Below, in pieces: positions 50,505 to 60,424 of a DNA stretch of 64,000 nt; the first letter of the stretch is position 1, and each line of letters begins with the position of its first letter. The position numbers were made by a program, and so were the translations under genes. The notes beneath the pieces are model-generated. The model did no database searches, was not told the origin of the DNA, and worked only from the letters and a program-made list of their open reading frames with translations. The stretch is from contig JBILHA010000002.1 of assembly GCA_044350705.1 (NCBI GenBank), forward strand, positions 114,295 through 178,294, read 5' to 3'. This stretch comes from Candidatus Kapaibacterium sp. Its GTDB lineage: Bacteria > Patescibacteriota > Patescibacteriia > UBA9934.

Positions 50505-51860
50505 TTATGCCTCGTGTGCAGGCAGAAACGCCTTGAGCACTTCTTTTACCTCTATTCTCTTTTCCTCAAGAAGCGCTGCATCATTCGTTTCGATCGTCAC
50601 GCGGATCAGCGGTTCGGTATTCGACTTCCGCACAAGCATCCACCACGTACGGCCAAATTCATAACGCAAGCCATCAATCGTAATACACTTCTCAGCCTCT
50701 TGTTCATATCTTTCTTTGATCGCCGCAAGTGCACCATCCTTGTCTTCTACTTCAAAGTTCATCTCTTGGCTGTTGTGATAGGTGCGCAAAGGACGCAAAA
50801 GATCTGCAAACGTTTTTCCTGAACGTTTCCAAATACCAAGTACCGTTAAGAATGCGTAGTCGACTGCTTCGAGATTATGGAATTCCGGGAAGAAGAAATG
50901 ACTGGACACTTCACCTCCGAGCATCCCCTGATATTCCTGCATGAGTTTAATGATCTTGGTATTTCCTACAGGGCACGCGATGGGCTGCCCCCCGGCCGCA
51001 CGTACCGCGTCTTCTACCGCCCAACTCGCATTAATGGAATACAGCACCCTCCCTCCCGTCTCACGGGATAATCGATCTGACGCCATAAGCGCAAGGGTGA
51101 GATCCCCCTGTACGGCATTTCCTTCGTTATCTACAAAAGCTACGCGATCTGCATCGCCATCAATCGCAACTCCGAAATCCGCCCCCACTTCACGCACCTT
51201 TTTCTTGAGATCATGGAGTGTTTCTTCTTTTGCGGGGTTTGCCTCATGATTTGGGAAACGGGCATCTGGCTCTGGATAGAGTTCTACAACCTCTATGCCG
51301 AGCTGTTCACAGAGTGGACGCATGCTCACCACCCCCATTCCATTCCCGTAATCAACAACAATTTTTGTGCCCCGTACATCAGGGATGTTGACATGTTTTT
51401 TACATGCTTCGAGATATGACGGAAGGATATCGAGCGAGGTCACGCTTCCTTCTCCCCCTGTTTGCGCAAGCGGTGTATCGCAGTTCGCTAACACTTCCGT
51501 TCCTGCGATAGGCAAACCGGTAGGATGTGCCATTTTAATACCATTATATTCTGCGGGATTATGCGATGCGGTCACCATGAATCCTGCGCCTATATCTTCG
51601 CGTGAAGTGACTGCGTAGTTGTACATGGAAGATGTACACATGCCGATATCGAGCACCTCTACCCCTTTCGAAACAAAATAGTTGATTGCCGCTTGCGCGA
51701 GCTCTGGACTCGTTTGTCGCATGTCACGTCCTACGACTACTTTTTTTGCACGAGTAATGACTAAAAGTGCATGAGCGGCCTTTTCTGCTACTTCCGGGGT
51801 TACTTCATGTAAAAGACCTCGGATGTTGTAACTGCGAAAAATATGATGAGGAATTGGCAT
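50505..51860 (-). CDS. Phosphomannomutase/phosphoglucomutase
   Basis: TASHNP, DGDADR, GEVSSH. Confidence 0.93.
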   Translation of the reverse strand: MPIPHHIFRSYNIRGLLHEVTPEVAEKAAHALLVITRAKKVVVGRDMRQTSPELAQAAINYFVSKGVEVLDIGMCTSSMYNYAVTSREDIGAGFMVTASHNPAEYNGIKMAHPTGLPIAGTEVLANCDTPLAQTGGEGSVTSLDILPSYLEACKKHVNIPDVRGTKIVVDYGNGMGVVSMRPLCEQLGIEVVELYPEPDARFPNHEANPAKEETLHDLKKKVREVGADFGVAIDGDADRVAFVDNEGNAVQGDLTLALMASDRLSRETGGRVLYSINASWAVEDAVRAAGGQPIACPVGNTKIIKLMQEYQGMLGGEVSSHFFFPEFHNLEAVDYAFLTVLGIWKRSGKTFADLLRPLRTYHNSQEMNFEVEDKDGALAAIKERYEQEAEKCITIDGLRYEFGRTWWMLVRKSNTEPLIRVTIETNDAALLEEKRIEVKEVLKAFLPAHEA

Positions 51861-51938
51861 ACGTTAGCGGTATTTTTCCATTGACTTTTCGGGCTTTTCG
51901 CCTTACGATCAGCGTATCAGATTTATTCTTCTTTTTCT

Positions 51939-52508
51939 ATGTTGGAAGGCATTGCGGGAATTGTTCTCTTGGGACTCCTGGGACTCGTACTTCTTATCGG
52001 ACTTTGGCTCATTTTCACCTTTAATGGACTCGTTACGCTCCGGAATCGCGTCCAGGAGGCTTTAGGAGATATTGAGGTACAGCTCAAGCGGCGCTATGAC
52101 CTTATCCCTAATTTGGTCAACACGGTAAAAGGATATGCAAAGCATGAAGAGGGCGTCTTTACTCAAGTGACCGAGGCTCGTTCAAAAGCCATGCAAGCAG
52201 AAACTCCCGCAGAACATGCAAAGGCTGAGGGCATGCTCACACAAACGCTCAAATCTCTCTTTGCCGTTTCGGAAGCATATCCGGACCTTAAGGCTTCTGA
52301 AAATTTCCGCCATCTCCAAACGGAGCTCGTGGATGCTGAGGACAAAATCCAAGCATCTCGCCGTTTCTACAACGCGCAAACTCGTGACTTTAACACCAAG
52401 CTTCAGGTATTCCCTACGAATCTCATCGCAAGCCTTCTCGGATTCACCGCATACGAGTTCTACGATGCTCCTGCAGAGGCAGATGCTACACCTGAGGTGA
52501 AATTCTAA
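51939..52508 (+). CDS. lemA: LemA family protein
   Basis: LKRRYDLIPNLV, EAYPDLKAS. Confidence 0.95.
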   Translation: MLEGIAGIVLLGLLGLVLLIGLWLIFTFNGLVTLRNRVQEALGDIEVQLKRRYDLIPNLVNTVKGYAKHEEGVFTQVTEARSKAMQAETPAEHAKAEGMLTQTLKSLFAVSEAYPDLKASENFRHLQTELVDAEDKIQASRRFYNAQTRDFNTKLQVFPTNLIASLLGFTAYEFYDAPAEADATPEVKF

Positions 52509-52597
52509 GATTGTTTGGTATGTTTAGCGGTTGAGAACGTTTCGTTTGCATCTCAAGCATCTCAACGTTCTCAACCCACTCAACCTCCTAAACTTCT
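52509..52597 (+). repeat. 9-nt-periodic tandem and inverted repeat
   Basis: GCATCTCAA GCATCTCAA CGTTCTCAA CCCACTCAA CCTCCTAAA; perfect 13-bp inverted repeat at 52529-52541 / 52564-52576. Confidence 0.75.
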
Positions 52598-53485
52598 ATG
52601 TACTCCGCAATTTCTCAAAACAAAACGCGCACCTGGATGCTGATGATTATCATGGGAAGTTTTACCTTACTTCTTGCCACCATCCTTCTTCTTGCTTCTG
52701 GATTAGAATCTGGACCTGCTTTTCTTCTTGGCGGAGGATTCACCGCGCTCTACGCGCTTATCAGCTACTACTTTTCCGATAAAATCGCTCTCATGACCAG
52801 CGGCGCAAAACCCATTACCAAGACTGATGCTCCGGAGCTTTATCGCATCGTCGAGAACCTCTGCATTGCCAATGGCCAACCCATGCCTGCGATTTACGTC
52901 ATGCAAGATGATAGTCCCAATGCCTTTGCGACGGGCCGCGACCCAGAACACGCCTCTATCGCCTTCACTACAGGTATTCTCCGCATTCTCGACAAACAAG
53001 AGCTCGAAGGCGTTGCTGCACATGAACTTTCACACGTGAAAAACTATGACATCCGCGTCATGACTATCGTGGTGGTTTTAGTGGGCGCGGTCATGCTCAT
53101 TTCCGACATCCTTCTGCGCGCGAGCTTCCATGGAGATAGAAAGCAAGCCGGCCTTCCACTCATCCTCATTGGACTTGCCCTTGCGATCCTCTCCCCTATT
53201 CTTGCGCAAATTATCCAACTCGCTATTTCTCGCCAACGAGAATATCTCGCTGACGCTTCCGGCGCACTGCTCACCCGCTATCCCGAAGGTCTTGCCTCGG
53301 CTCTCAAGAAAATTAGTGCGCAAGGCAAACCTCTTGATCGCGCGAATCACGCCACTGCCCATCTTTTTATTAGCAGTCCCTTCGGGGAACGCGTGGATAA
53401 AAAAAGAAATTGGTTTCAAGGCCTCTTCGCTACCCATCCCCCTGTTGAAGAACGTATTTCCCGCCTCCTCTCCATGGGAAAATAA
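52598..53485 (+). CDS. htpX: Zinc metalloprotease HtpX (M48)
   Basis: PNAFATG, HELSH, SRQREYLAD, THPP. Confidence 0.95.
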   Translation: MYSAISQNKTRTWMLMIIMGSFTLLLATILLLASGLESGPAFLLGGGFTALYALISYYFSDKIALMTSGAKPITKTDAPELYRIVENLCIANGQPMPAIYVMQDDSPNAFATGRDPEHASIAFTTGILRILDKQELEGVAAHELSHVKNYDIRVMTIVVVLVGAVMLISDILLRASFHGDRKQAGLPLILIGLALAILSPILAQIIQLAISRQREYLADASGALLTRYPEGLASALKKISAQGKPLDRANHATAHLFISSPFGERVDKKRNWFQGLFATHPPVEERISRLLSMGK

Positions 53486-53488
53486 TCT

Positions 53489-55753
53489 ATGTTTGATAAT
53501 GCCCTCGATCGTTTCAGCAATCCCCTCAAGGGCGTCTTAACACGGGCGCTTGTTTTCGCCTCTGAAAAAGGCTCTTCTCTCATCACTCCTACTCACCTCC
53601 TTTGGGCACTTGCTACTCAGCCGCAATCGCTTGGCCACGCGATTTTGCAGCGTGCGCATATTGCTCTTGACCAACTCACCGGCTCCCTTCCTCCTTCGCA
53701 GAAGCCGCTCGAAAAGAAAGAAACTGATACCCCCCATCTTTCTCCTGATTCCCGGCGCATCCTTGAGAAAGCAATTCTTGCTGCGAATCTCCACGATCAC
53801 CCGTATATCGGAACGGAACATCTTCTTTTTGGATTTCTTCAGGCTCAGCTTCCCGAAGTGCAGACCCTCCTTTTTCAGATCGCGCGCATTGAACGTTCCG
53901 CTTTTGAGCAGACGCTCACCAAAACGCTCAAGGAAGCAAAGTTACTCACGATTGACGAGCAGCGCGCAGAGCCTGAGAAAAAACATGATCCCTGCGAGCA
54001 CTGCGGCGAACTTCATGAAGACGAGCACGAAACTTCTGCACTCGAATATTTCGGAAAGGAGCTCACGAAAAAAGAGGTTGCCGCAAAAGCGCTTCCTTTG
54101 GTGGGACGCGCTCAAGAAATTGATCGTCTCGCTACTATCTTGGCACGAAAAACCAAACATCACCCGATCCTTCTTGGTGATCCAGGGGTGGGAAAAACCG
54201 CAATCGTCGAAGGCCTTGCCCAGCGCGTGCTCTCCGGGAAAGTTCCTCGATCGCTTAAGGGTCTTCGCATCTTCTCTGTGGATATGGGCAGTCTTGTCGC
54301 TGGTGCAGTTTACCGAGGAGACTTCGAAGCTCGTCTGCTCGATATTATCGACGACCTCAAAAGCATGAAAAATGCCGTCATCTTTATTGATGAATTTCAC
54401 ACGGTCGTAGGCGCTGGCGCAGGCGGAAGCAGCCTTGATGCTGCAAATATCTTGAAGCCCGCTCTTGCACGAGGTGAAATTCGCGTTATCGGAGCCACTA
54501 CACGAGAAGAATACAAGAAGCACATCGAACCTGATGGAGCGCTTGCTCGTCGTTTCCAACGCATTTCCGTTCATGAGCCAGATGCAAAAGAAACGCTTAC
54601 CATTCTCAAAGGCATTGCGCCTTCGTTTGCCGCACACCACCAAACCTCCTTCGCCCCGGGGCTTTTGGAAGAGATCGTTCAGCTTACCGAACGTCTCATG
54701 CCTACACAACGCTTCCCAGATAAAGCTATTGATGTGCTCGATGAACTGGGGGCAAAAACTGCGGGCCGAAAAGCAACACGCGACGATCTTCTCCGAAGTA
54801 TCGCCGAGCAAACAGGCGCACCTCTTTCCTCAGTTCAAACATCTGATCGCGAGCGCCTGAGAAAGCTCGAGGAAGCTCTGAATGCGCAAGTCGTTGGTCA
54901 GGAGGATACGGTAAAAACCGTTGCCACCACGCTTGTTCGCGCAAAACTTGGACTTGCACCTGCAGAGCGACCCCTCGCTTCGTTTTTGTTCGCAGGACCG
55001 TCGGGCGTAGGAAAAACCGCACTTTCCAAAGCACTTGCCCGCTCTATGGGCGTTGGAAAATCCCCTTTTCTTCGTCTCGATATGAGCGAATTTTCAGAAG
55101 CTCACAGCATCAGTAGACTTATCGGTTCTCCTGCCGGCTATGTAGGCTATAAGGAACGCGCCCAGCTTACCGATGCCGTCAAAGAACTCCCCTCGCTTGT
55201 CGTGGTCTTTGATGAGCTCGAAAAGGCCCATCGCAACGTTCACCATCTTCTTCTTCAGATCCTTGAAGAAGGCGAGTTGCGCGACGCATCTGGAACGCTC
55301 GTTAATTTCCGCAATACCGTCATTGTCGCGACAACCAATGCTGCAAAAGAACTCTTTGAGAAGCAACGTCTCGGCTTTACCGATAAAGAGCATTCCCAAC
55401 ACGCCTTACGCGAGCAGCTTGAGGACCGATTCTCAGGAGAGCTCCTCAATCGCTTTGATGCCCTTTGTCTCTTCAAGCCTCTCGGCTCTCAAGAGATCCA
55501 GCGCATCGTCCGTCACGAGCTCTCCCTTCTGAAGCACCGTCTCAAATCACAAGGCATTCGCCTTATGGTTCCTGCCGATATTGCTTCACTTGTCGCTACC
55601 CATGTGGAGCGTAAAAAAGGTGGACGCGAAGTACGCCATATGCTCCGTAAACTCATCGAGGAGCCTCTTGCCGAAAAAATCGTTCGCTCCCCTGAAAAAA
55701 AGCGTACGTTTTCCGTAAAAAAGACCTCTGAAGGCAAACTCCTTCTCGGATAA
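53489..55753 (+). CDS. Clp/Hsp100 ATPase with two AAA+ modules (ClpA/ClpC-like)
   Basis: Clp N repeats, [26 protein letters not shown]. Confidence 0.93.
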   Translation: MFDNALDRFSNPLKGVLTRALVFASEKGSSLITPTHLLWALATQPQSLGHAILQRAHIALDQLTGSLPPSQKPLEKKETDTPHLSPDSRRILEKAILAANLHDHPYIGTEHLLFGFLQAQLPEVQTLLFQIARIERSAFEQTLTKTLKEAKLLTIDEQRAEPEKKHDPCEHCGELHEDEHETSALEYFGKELTKKEVAAKALPLVGRAQEIDRLATILARKTKHHPILLGDPGVGKTAIVEGLAQRVLSGKVPRSLKGLRIFSVDMGSLVAGAVYRGDFEARLLDIIDDLKSMKNAVIFIDEFHTVVGAGAGGSSLDAANILKPALARGEIRVIGATTREEYKKHIEPDGALARRFQRISVHEPDAKETLTILKGIAPSFAAHHQTSFAPGLLEEIVQLTERLMPTQRFPDKAIDVLDELGAKTAGRKATRDDLLRSIAEQTGAPLSSVQTSDRERLRKLEEALNAQVVGQEDTVKTVATTLVRAKLGLAPAERPLASFLFAGPSGVGKTALSKALARSMGVGKSPFLRLDMSEFSEAHSISRLIGSPAGYVGYKERAQLTDAVKELPSLVVVFDELEKAHRNVHHLLLQILEEGELRDASGTLVNFRNTVIVATTNAAKELFEKQRLGFTDKEHSQHALREQLEDRFSGELLNRFDALCLFKPLGSQEIQRIVRHELSLLKHRLKSQGIRLMVPADIASLVATHVERKKGGREVRHMLRKLIEEPLAEKIVRSPEKKRTFSVKKTSEGKLLLG

Positions 55754-55781
55754 GCAAAAGACCGCACGTGCGGTCTTTTTC

Positions 55782-56237
55782 TTATTTTTTTCTCAGGAAA
55801 TATTTCTCCAAAATCGCACGGTAAATATCTCCCCTCCCTACCATTCCTACCACCTTTTCTCCGTCTACCACCGGCACATGATGCACGCCACTTGCAACCA
55901 TAATTCCTCCTACACGCAGCAACGGCGTCTGTGGGGTTGTGGTAATGAGCCGTTTTGACATGACATCGCGCACTAACTTTCCCTCTGTCTGTCGCGCTTG
56001 ATCCTCCAGCTCTTCGGCATCAAGAAATGCATGCGGCTCTTTTAGCCATTCCCCGTAATCCGGAAACATTCCTCTGAATAAGTCTTTTTCGGAAAGAATC
56101 CCTACGAGTTTTCCGTCGCTATCCATTACGCACGCACTTGAAGCTTTGCACTGAAGCAATTGCTCAGCCGCTTCCCTCCAACTGAGACTCATGGGGAACA
56201 TGACCGCCACTTGTTGCATGACATCGCGTACAAGCAT
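55782..56237 (-). CDS. CBS-domain pair protein
   Basis: VRDVM...LVGILSEKDL...VRDVM...VGMVGRGDI. Confidence 0.88.
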   Translation of the reverse strand: MLVRDVMQQVAVMFPMSLSWREAAEQLLQCKASSACVMDSDGKLVGILSEKDLFRGMFPDYGEWLKEPHAFLDAEELEDQARQTEGKLVRDVMSKRLITTTPQTPLLRVGGIMVASGVHHVPVVDGEKVVGMVGRGDIYRAILEKYFLRKK

Positions 56238-56272
56238 ACGAATTGGGGTTAATCTCTTGATATACTTGTAGC

Positions 56273-57154
56273 ATGGTTGCCCCGCTTCCTCAAGAGAGAA
56301 ATTACAAACGGGAATTCGACGCCTCCCGTCTTGCTGCACTTCGTGGAGATCGTTTTACCGTTCCTTCATCTGGAGATGCTCAGAATCCCCAGGATTCCCC
56401 TTCTTTTCCTGAGGATGAAGCCGCATCTCCCGCTGATCGTTTTTATTCTCCTGATTCTGAAGAGAGTCTCGTTTCCCAATTTCCCCAATCTCCTCCCTCT
56501 CCCGAAGAAGACCTCTCACTCGCACCCGAGGACTTTGCCTATCGCCAGCGTCAGGCGCAAATGGCCGCCGGCATTGGCGCTCCCTCACTTCTCCCTTCAG
56601 AAGTTGAAGATTTACCCGACCCTGAACTGTCCTCTGAAGACGAGGAGATTACTTTTGGCGATACGATTCGCGACCTTGAACGGCAAGCAGCCATGGCAGA
56701 GGACATCGAGGAAGCGCAAGTGGCCGGAGGAGCTCTCAGAAACAAGATGCAACAAGCAATGGATCAGTATGCGGAACAACTGGCGCAAAAGGCTCTTGAA
56801 AAAACCTCTCGCTGGACTGCAAAAGGTCTTGGGAATGGATCGAATGCGGTAGATAGCGTCGGCTGGGATGGATGGATCACCTTTGCGGTATCGTATGTCT
56901 ATCTGATGGCCCGCGGTTTTATCACCGTCCTCTCTCCTGAGCCCGCCAATGCCGCTGATGCTTCTCCTTCACAGAAAGCACTCCATACCGTTTTCCCTCC
57001 TTACCGCCCCCTCCAAGAGCCGGGAGACTTCCTCTACTTCCTTTTTCTCTTTGTTATGACGGTCATCATTCTCATGCTCGTTCTTACCGCAATCATCATG
57101 TTTGTAAATATTGCTCTTTTCCCTGTGTACATGCCGGGAATTGGAACCTTCTAA
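56273..57154 (+). CDS. Hypothetical protein with an acidic/Pro-rich N-terminus and C-terminal TMs
   Basis: Composition and two hydrophobic segments; first gene of a tightly spaced operon. Confidence 0.7.
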   Translation: MVAPLPQERNYKREFDASRLAALRGDRFTVPSSGDAQNPQDSPSFPEDEAASPADRFYSPDSEESLVSQFPQSPPSPEEDLSLAPEDFAYRQRQAQMAAGIGAPSLLPSEVEDLPDPELSSEDEEITFGDTIRDLERQAAMAEDIEEAQVAGGALRNKMQQAMDQYAEQLAQKALEKTSRWTAKGLGNGSNAVDSVGWDGWITFAVSYVYLMARGFITVLSPEPANAADASPSQKALHTVFPPYRPLQEPGDFLYFLFLFVMTVIILMLVLTAIIMFVNIALFPVYMPGIGTF

Positions 57155-57162
57155 CCTTTTCT

Positions 57163-58395
57163 ATGGCCATCGAACTCTCAGAACGCGCAAAAGTAGCGCT
57201 CCGCCTTACCCTCTTTCTCGGGACCACTCTCCTCGTGGGTTTTGCGCTTTATTGGTTTTTCTTCGCGCAGCCCCCTTCTCTCATTGAAGAAGGCTCTCCT
57301 GCGGAAGAAGGAGCAGGCGGTGGATCTTTGCCTGGTAGTACCACCGGCGGCCCACGCACCGGGACTGGGGCAAATGATGATGACGGTCCTGACACCCTGC
57401 CTGTTTCTCAGGTTGCCGAAGGCGGAGAAACGATTACCACGCAACTCACTACCAGTGCGGTCACGAGCCCCCAGGTTAACGCCGATGGTACCGTAGCTTA
57501 TTACGATCCGGCGGATGGGCGTTTTTACACCATCGACAGCAAAGGCAATGTGCAAGCACTTAGCCTTACCCAATTTCCCGATGCTGAGACCGTTGTCTTT
57601 AATGATGCCGCGTCTGCCGCAGTGATTGAATTCCCCGACGGCAGCAATGTGGTATATAACTTTGAAACCGCCAAACAAGTCACTCTTCCGAATCACTGGG
57701 AATCATTCTCTTTCTCTGCGGACGGTACAGAGATTGTTTCTAAGAGTATTGGCGCAGACCCTTCTAACCGCGCCCTTGTTATCTCTGCTGCGGATGGATC
57801 GTCCACACAGGTCGTTGCCGCCCTTGGATCGAATGACGATCTGGTTACCGTAAGCTGGTCTCCCGCAAGCTCGATCGTTGGCTTTTCTGCAACCGGAGAA
57901 GGTACTTCAACCTTTGGACAGCGTAAGGTGTATACCATTGGTGAAGACGGCGAGGCTGCAGGCGTTATTACTGTCAACGGCACGAATTATCAGAATATCT
58001 GGTCTCCCAGCGGAAAGTACATCCTCTACTCGATCGCCGAAGCAGGCGATGACTACCGTCCTAGCCTGTGGTACGTAGACGCAAAAGGAGATCGACACGG
58101 TGATCTTCGCCTTCGGCTGGGCCTAAAAACCACCGTTGATCGCTGTACCTTTGGGAACGAAACCACTCTCTACTGCGGCGTTCCTGTCACTACCATTGCA
58201 GGGAGCGGATCAAATCCCGAGATCCTCAAGGGACCTGATCATCTTTATAAAATATCTCTCCCTTCCGGCGATGCTGAACTTCTCGCCATTCCTACCGTTT
58301 CAACCGCGATCAAAAACGTCTCTGTAAATACGGACGAGAGCATCCTGTACTACACTGATAGCAGAGGAAAGCTCAATATGATTCGCCTCAAATAA
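57163..58395 (+). CDS. Membrane-anchored beta-propeller (TolB-like) protein
   Basis: N-terminal TM, Gly/Thr linker, repeated WSP/FSADG blade motifs. Confidence 0.7.
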   Translation: MAIELSERAKVALRLTLFLGTTLLVGFALYWFFFAQPPSLIEEGSPAEEGAGGGSLPGSTTGGPRTGTGANDDDGPDTLPVSQVAEGGETITTQLTTSAVTSPQVNADGTVAYYDPADGRFYTIDSKGNVQALSLTQFPDAETVVFNDAASAAVIEFPDGSNVVYNFETAKQVTLPNHWESFSFSADGTEIVSKSIGADPSNRALVISAADGSSTQVVAALGSNDDLVTVSWSPASSIVGFSATGEGTSTFGQRKVYTIGEDGEAAGVITVNGTNYQNIWSPSGKYILYSIAEAGDDYRPSLWYVDAKGDRHGDLRLRLGLKTTVDRCTFGNETTLYCGVPVTTIAGSGSNPEILKGPDHLYKISLPSGDAELLAIPTVSTAIKNVSVNTDESILYYTDSRGKLNMIRLK

Positions 58396-58396
58396 T

Positions 58397-59041
58397 ATGC
58401 GGGAATATTTTTGGCACATCCTCATTACACTCGGCCTCTTTGTGGTAATCATTTTTGGGGCAACGGCATTGAGCTTGCGGTTCTCCAACCAAATTACTTA
58501 CACGGATAGCATTGCCGTCAGCACTCCTTCGGTTACCATCGTCGATCCTCAAATTGGAGGAGGTGAAGAAACGAGTGTCACCGTCGTCACGTACAGCGAT
58601 TATGCCTGCTCGGGTTGTGCATCGGTTGAAGAAATTCTTATGGAAATCCTCCAGAAGAATCCTGACAAGCTTCGCATTGTGTGGAAAGACATGCCGAACG
58701 AAACACGTCACTCTGAAGCATTTCCTGCCGCTGTTGCTGCACGATGCGCAGGTAAGCAAGGAAAATTCTGGGAATTTAATGCCCTCCTTTTTGCTAATCA
58801 ATCTCGTCTTGGCAAGGATCTCTATCAGAGCATCGCCTCAGAAGTTGGTCTCGACACCCCTACGTTTTCTTCGTGTTTTGAAAACGAAGATACTCGTCCG
58901 CTCGTTGAACGAACGCTCGCAGAAGGCTTTGCATTAGAAGTTACCGCTACTCCTACTCTCTTTATTAATGGCGAACGCTTTACCGGCAGCCTTTCGAAGG
59001 CCGAGATTGAAAAAGTATTGAACGCCGCAATGAAAAAATAA
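58397..59041 (+). CDS. DsbA-family thiol-disulfide oxidoreductase
   Basis: YSDYACSGC, AARCA..QGKFWE, ATPTLFING. Confidence 0.9.
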   Translation: MREYFWHILITLGLFVVIIFGATALSLRFSNQITYTDSIAVSTPSVTIVDPQIGGGEETSVTVVTYSDYACSGCASVEEILMEILQKNPDKLRIVWKDMPNETRHSEAFPAAVAARCAGKQGKFWEFNALLFANQSRLGKDLYQSIASEVGLDTPTFSSCFENEDTRPLVERTLAEGFALEVTATPTLFINGERFTGSLSKAEIEKVLNAAMKK

Positions 59042-59045
59042 TTCT

Positions 59046-60401
59046 GTGCGTATTCTCTTCCTTTTACTCCTCAGCCTTTTCCTTCTTCCTCAAGGAGTCT
59101 TTGCCTCCACTGCATGCACGGAGTCATTCATTGATTGTGAGTGCGTTGACGCGGAAGGAGCCAGATATTCAGTAAATAGTTCAGAAGATACTGGGGATTC
59201 GTGCGCAAGTGCCTGTCAGGATGCGCGAGCGACATCCTATGCTTTTTATTGCGGAGATGAGCGTACCCCTGTGGAATCTAATGATCTTTCCGATTGGCTG
59301 GATACCGGACTTAATGCCCTTGGGGTGGATACGGTCACTGAGAAGGAACCCGCAATTCCCTCTCTTAATGTCCCTATTCCTGGTCTCGACTTAGAAAATT
59401 CTGTTTCGGTCGATAATAAAGGCTACGTGTACTCAAACATGATTGGCCTGTACGTAAATGCAGTCTTTTCGTACGCCATCGTTCTTGCAGCCATCTTTGG
59501 CGTTCTCATGCTAACTATTGCGGGGTTTCAGTATATGACCGCAGGAGGAAACAAGAACGCGGTCGCAAAGGCAAAAGGACGCATGCAGAATACGGTCTTT
59601 GGACTTATTCTCCTGATGGCTACGTATGCAATTGCTTTTCTTATTGATCCGCGTACGACCCGCTTTAACTCTCTCGTTATCGAAAATGTAGCTGCGGTAG
59701 AATATTTTCCTCCCGAAGGTGAAGATGACAATGTCTTCCCAAACCATTCTCTTACCGGAGAAAGCTCAGACCTTGAGGGGGATTATCTTATCGTGTCTCA
59801 ATCCGCAAAGCTTGATCCTGACGCTCTTGCCGCCCTTCAAGAGGCTGCTGAAGATTTTTACGATACCTATGGGATGCAAATCGTTGTAGCCTCAGCGAAA
59901 CGCGATCTTGAGCAACAAGCTCGTCTCTTTTATCAAAATTGCCTTGCAAATAACGGAGTTTGCAGCCCTCCTACCTGCAATCCTGCAAGCTCCTCGGTCG
60001 TCAAAAAGAATTCTTCTAAGCGCTTTGAACTTGTAGGAGAATTATCAGGCGTGACCAACTCGTCTCAGATCATCTCAAGCATTGTCTCTCACGCCTCCTA
60101 TGGCAACTGCCCTCACACTTCAGCAGTTGCAGTGGACCTCTGGTGTAACGATGGGGGAAGTAATTTCCAACACGATCCCGCTTGCCAAGGACGTCTCATC
60201 GAAACCATGATTGAACATGGATTCTGCCGCTTAACTTCTGAAGCATGGCATTTTGAATATAACGATAAAAAAGTTTCTACGAGCTGCCTTACCTCTAATG
60301 ACTCTGTTACTTATACTGCTCGGTCCGGTACCTATACCCCTCCTGCAGCCACCTGCAAACGATGGGACTTCAAATACCACAAGTGCGTTGCGCAAAGATA
60401 A
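59046..60401 (+). CDS. Exported VirB2-like pilin domain fused to an M15B (VanY-like) Zn peptidase, Cys-rich
   Basis: Signal peptide; AGFQYMTAGG...AK..MQNTVFGLILL; SAKR...Q, HTSAVAVD, EAWHF; 16 Cys. Confidence 0.8.
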   Translation: MRILFLLLLSLFLLPQGVFASTACTESFIDCECVDAEGARYSVNSSEDTGDSCASACQDARATSYAFYCGDERTPVESNDLSDWLDTGLNALGVDTVTEKEPAIPSLNVPIPGLDLENSVSVDNKGYVYSNMIGLYVNAVFSYAIVLAAIFGVLMLTIAGFQYMTAGGNKNAVAKAKGRMQNTVFGLILLMATYAIAFLIDPRTTRFNSLVIENVAAVEYFPPEGEDDNVFPNHSLTGESSDLEGDYLIVSQSAKLDPDALAALQEAAEDFYDTYGMQIVVASAKRDLEQQARLFYQNCLANNGVCSPPTCNPASSSVVKKNSSKRFELVGELSGVTNSSQIISSIVSHASYGNCPHTSAVAVDLWCNDGGSNFQHDPACQGRLIETMIEHGFCRLTSEAWHFEYNDKKVSTSCLTSNDSVTYTARSGTYTPPAATCKRWDFKYHKCVAQR

Positions 60402-60424
60402 AAAACCGGTAAAGATAGGAGTAT

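Noticed and set aside
52509-52597. CRISPR array
   Set aside because: 9-nt tandem units without spacers, and no cas genes
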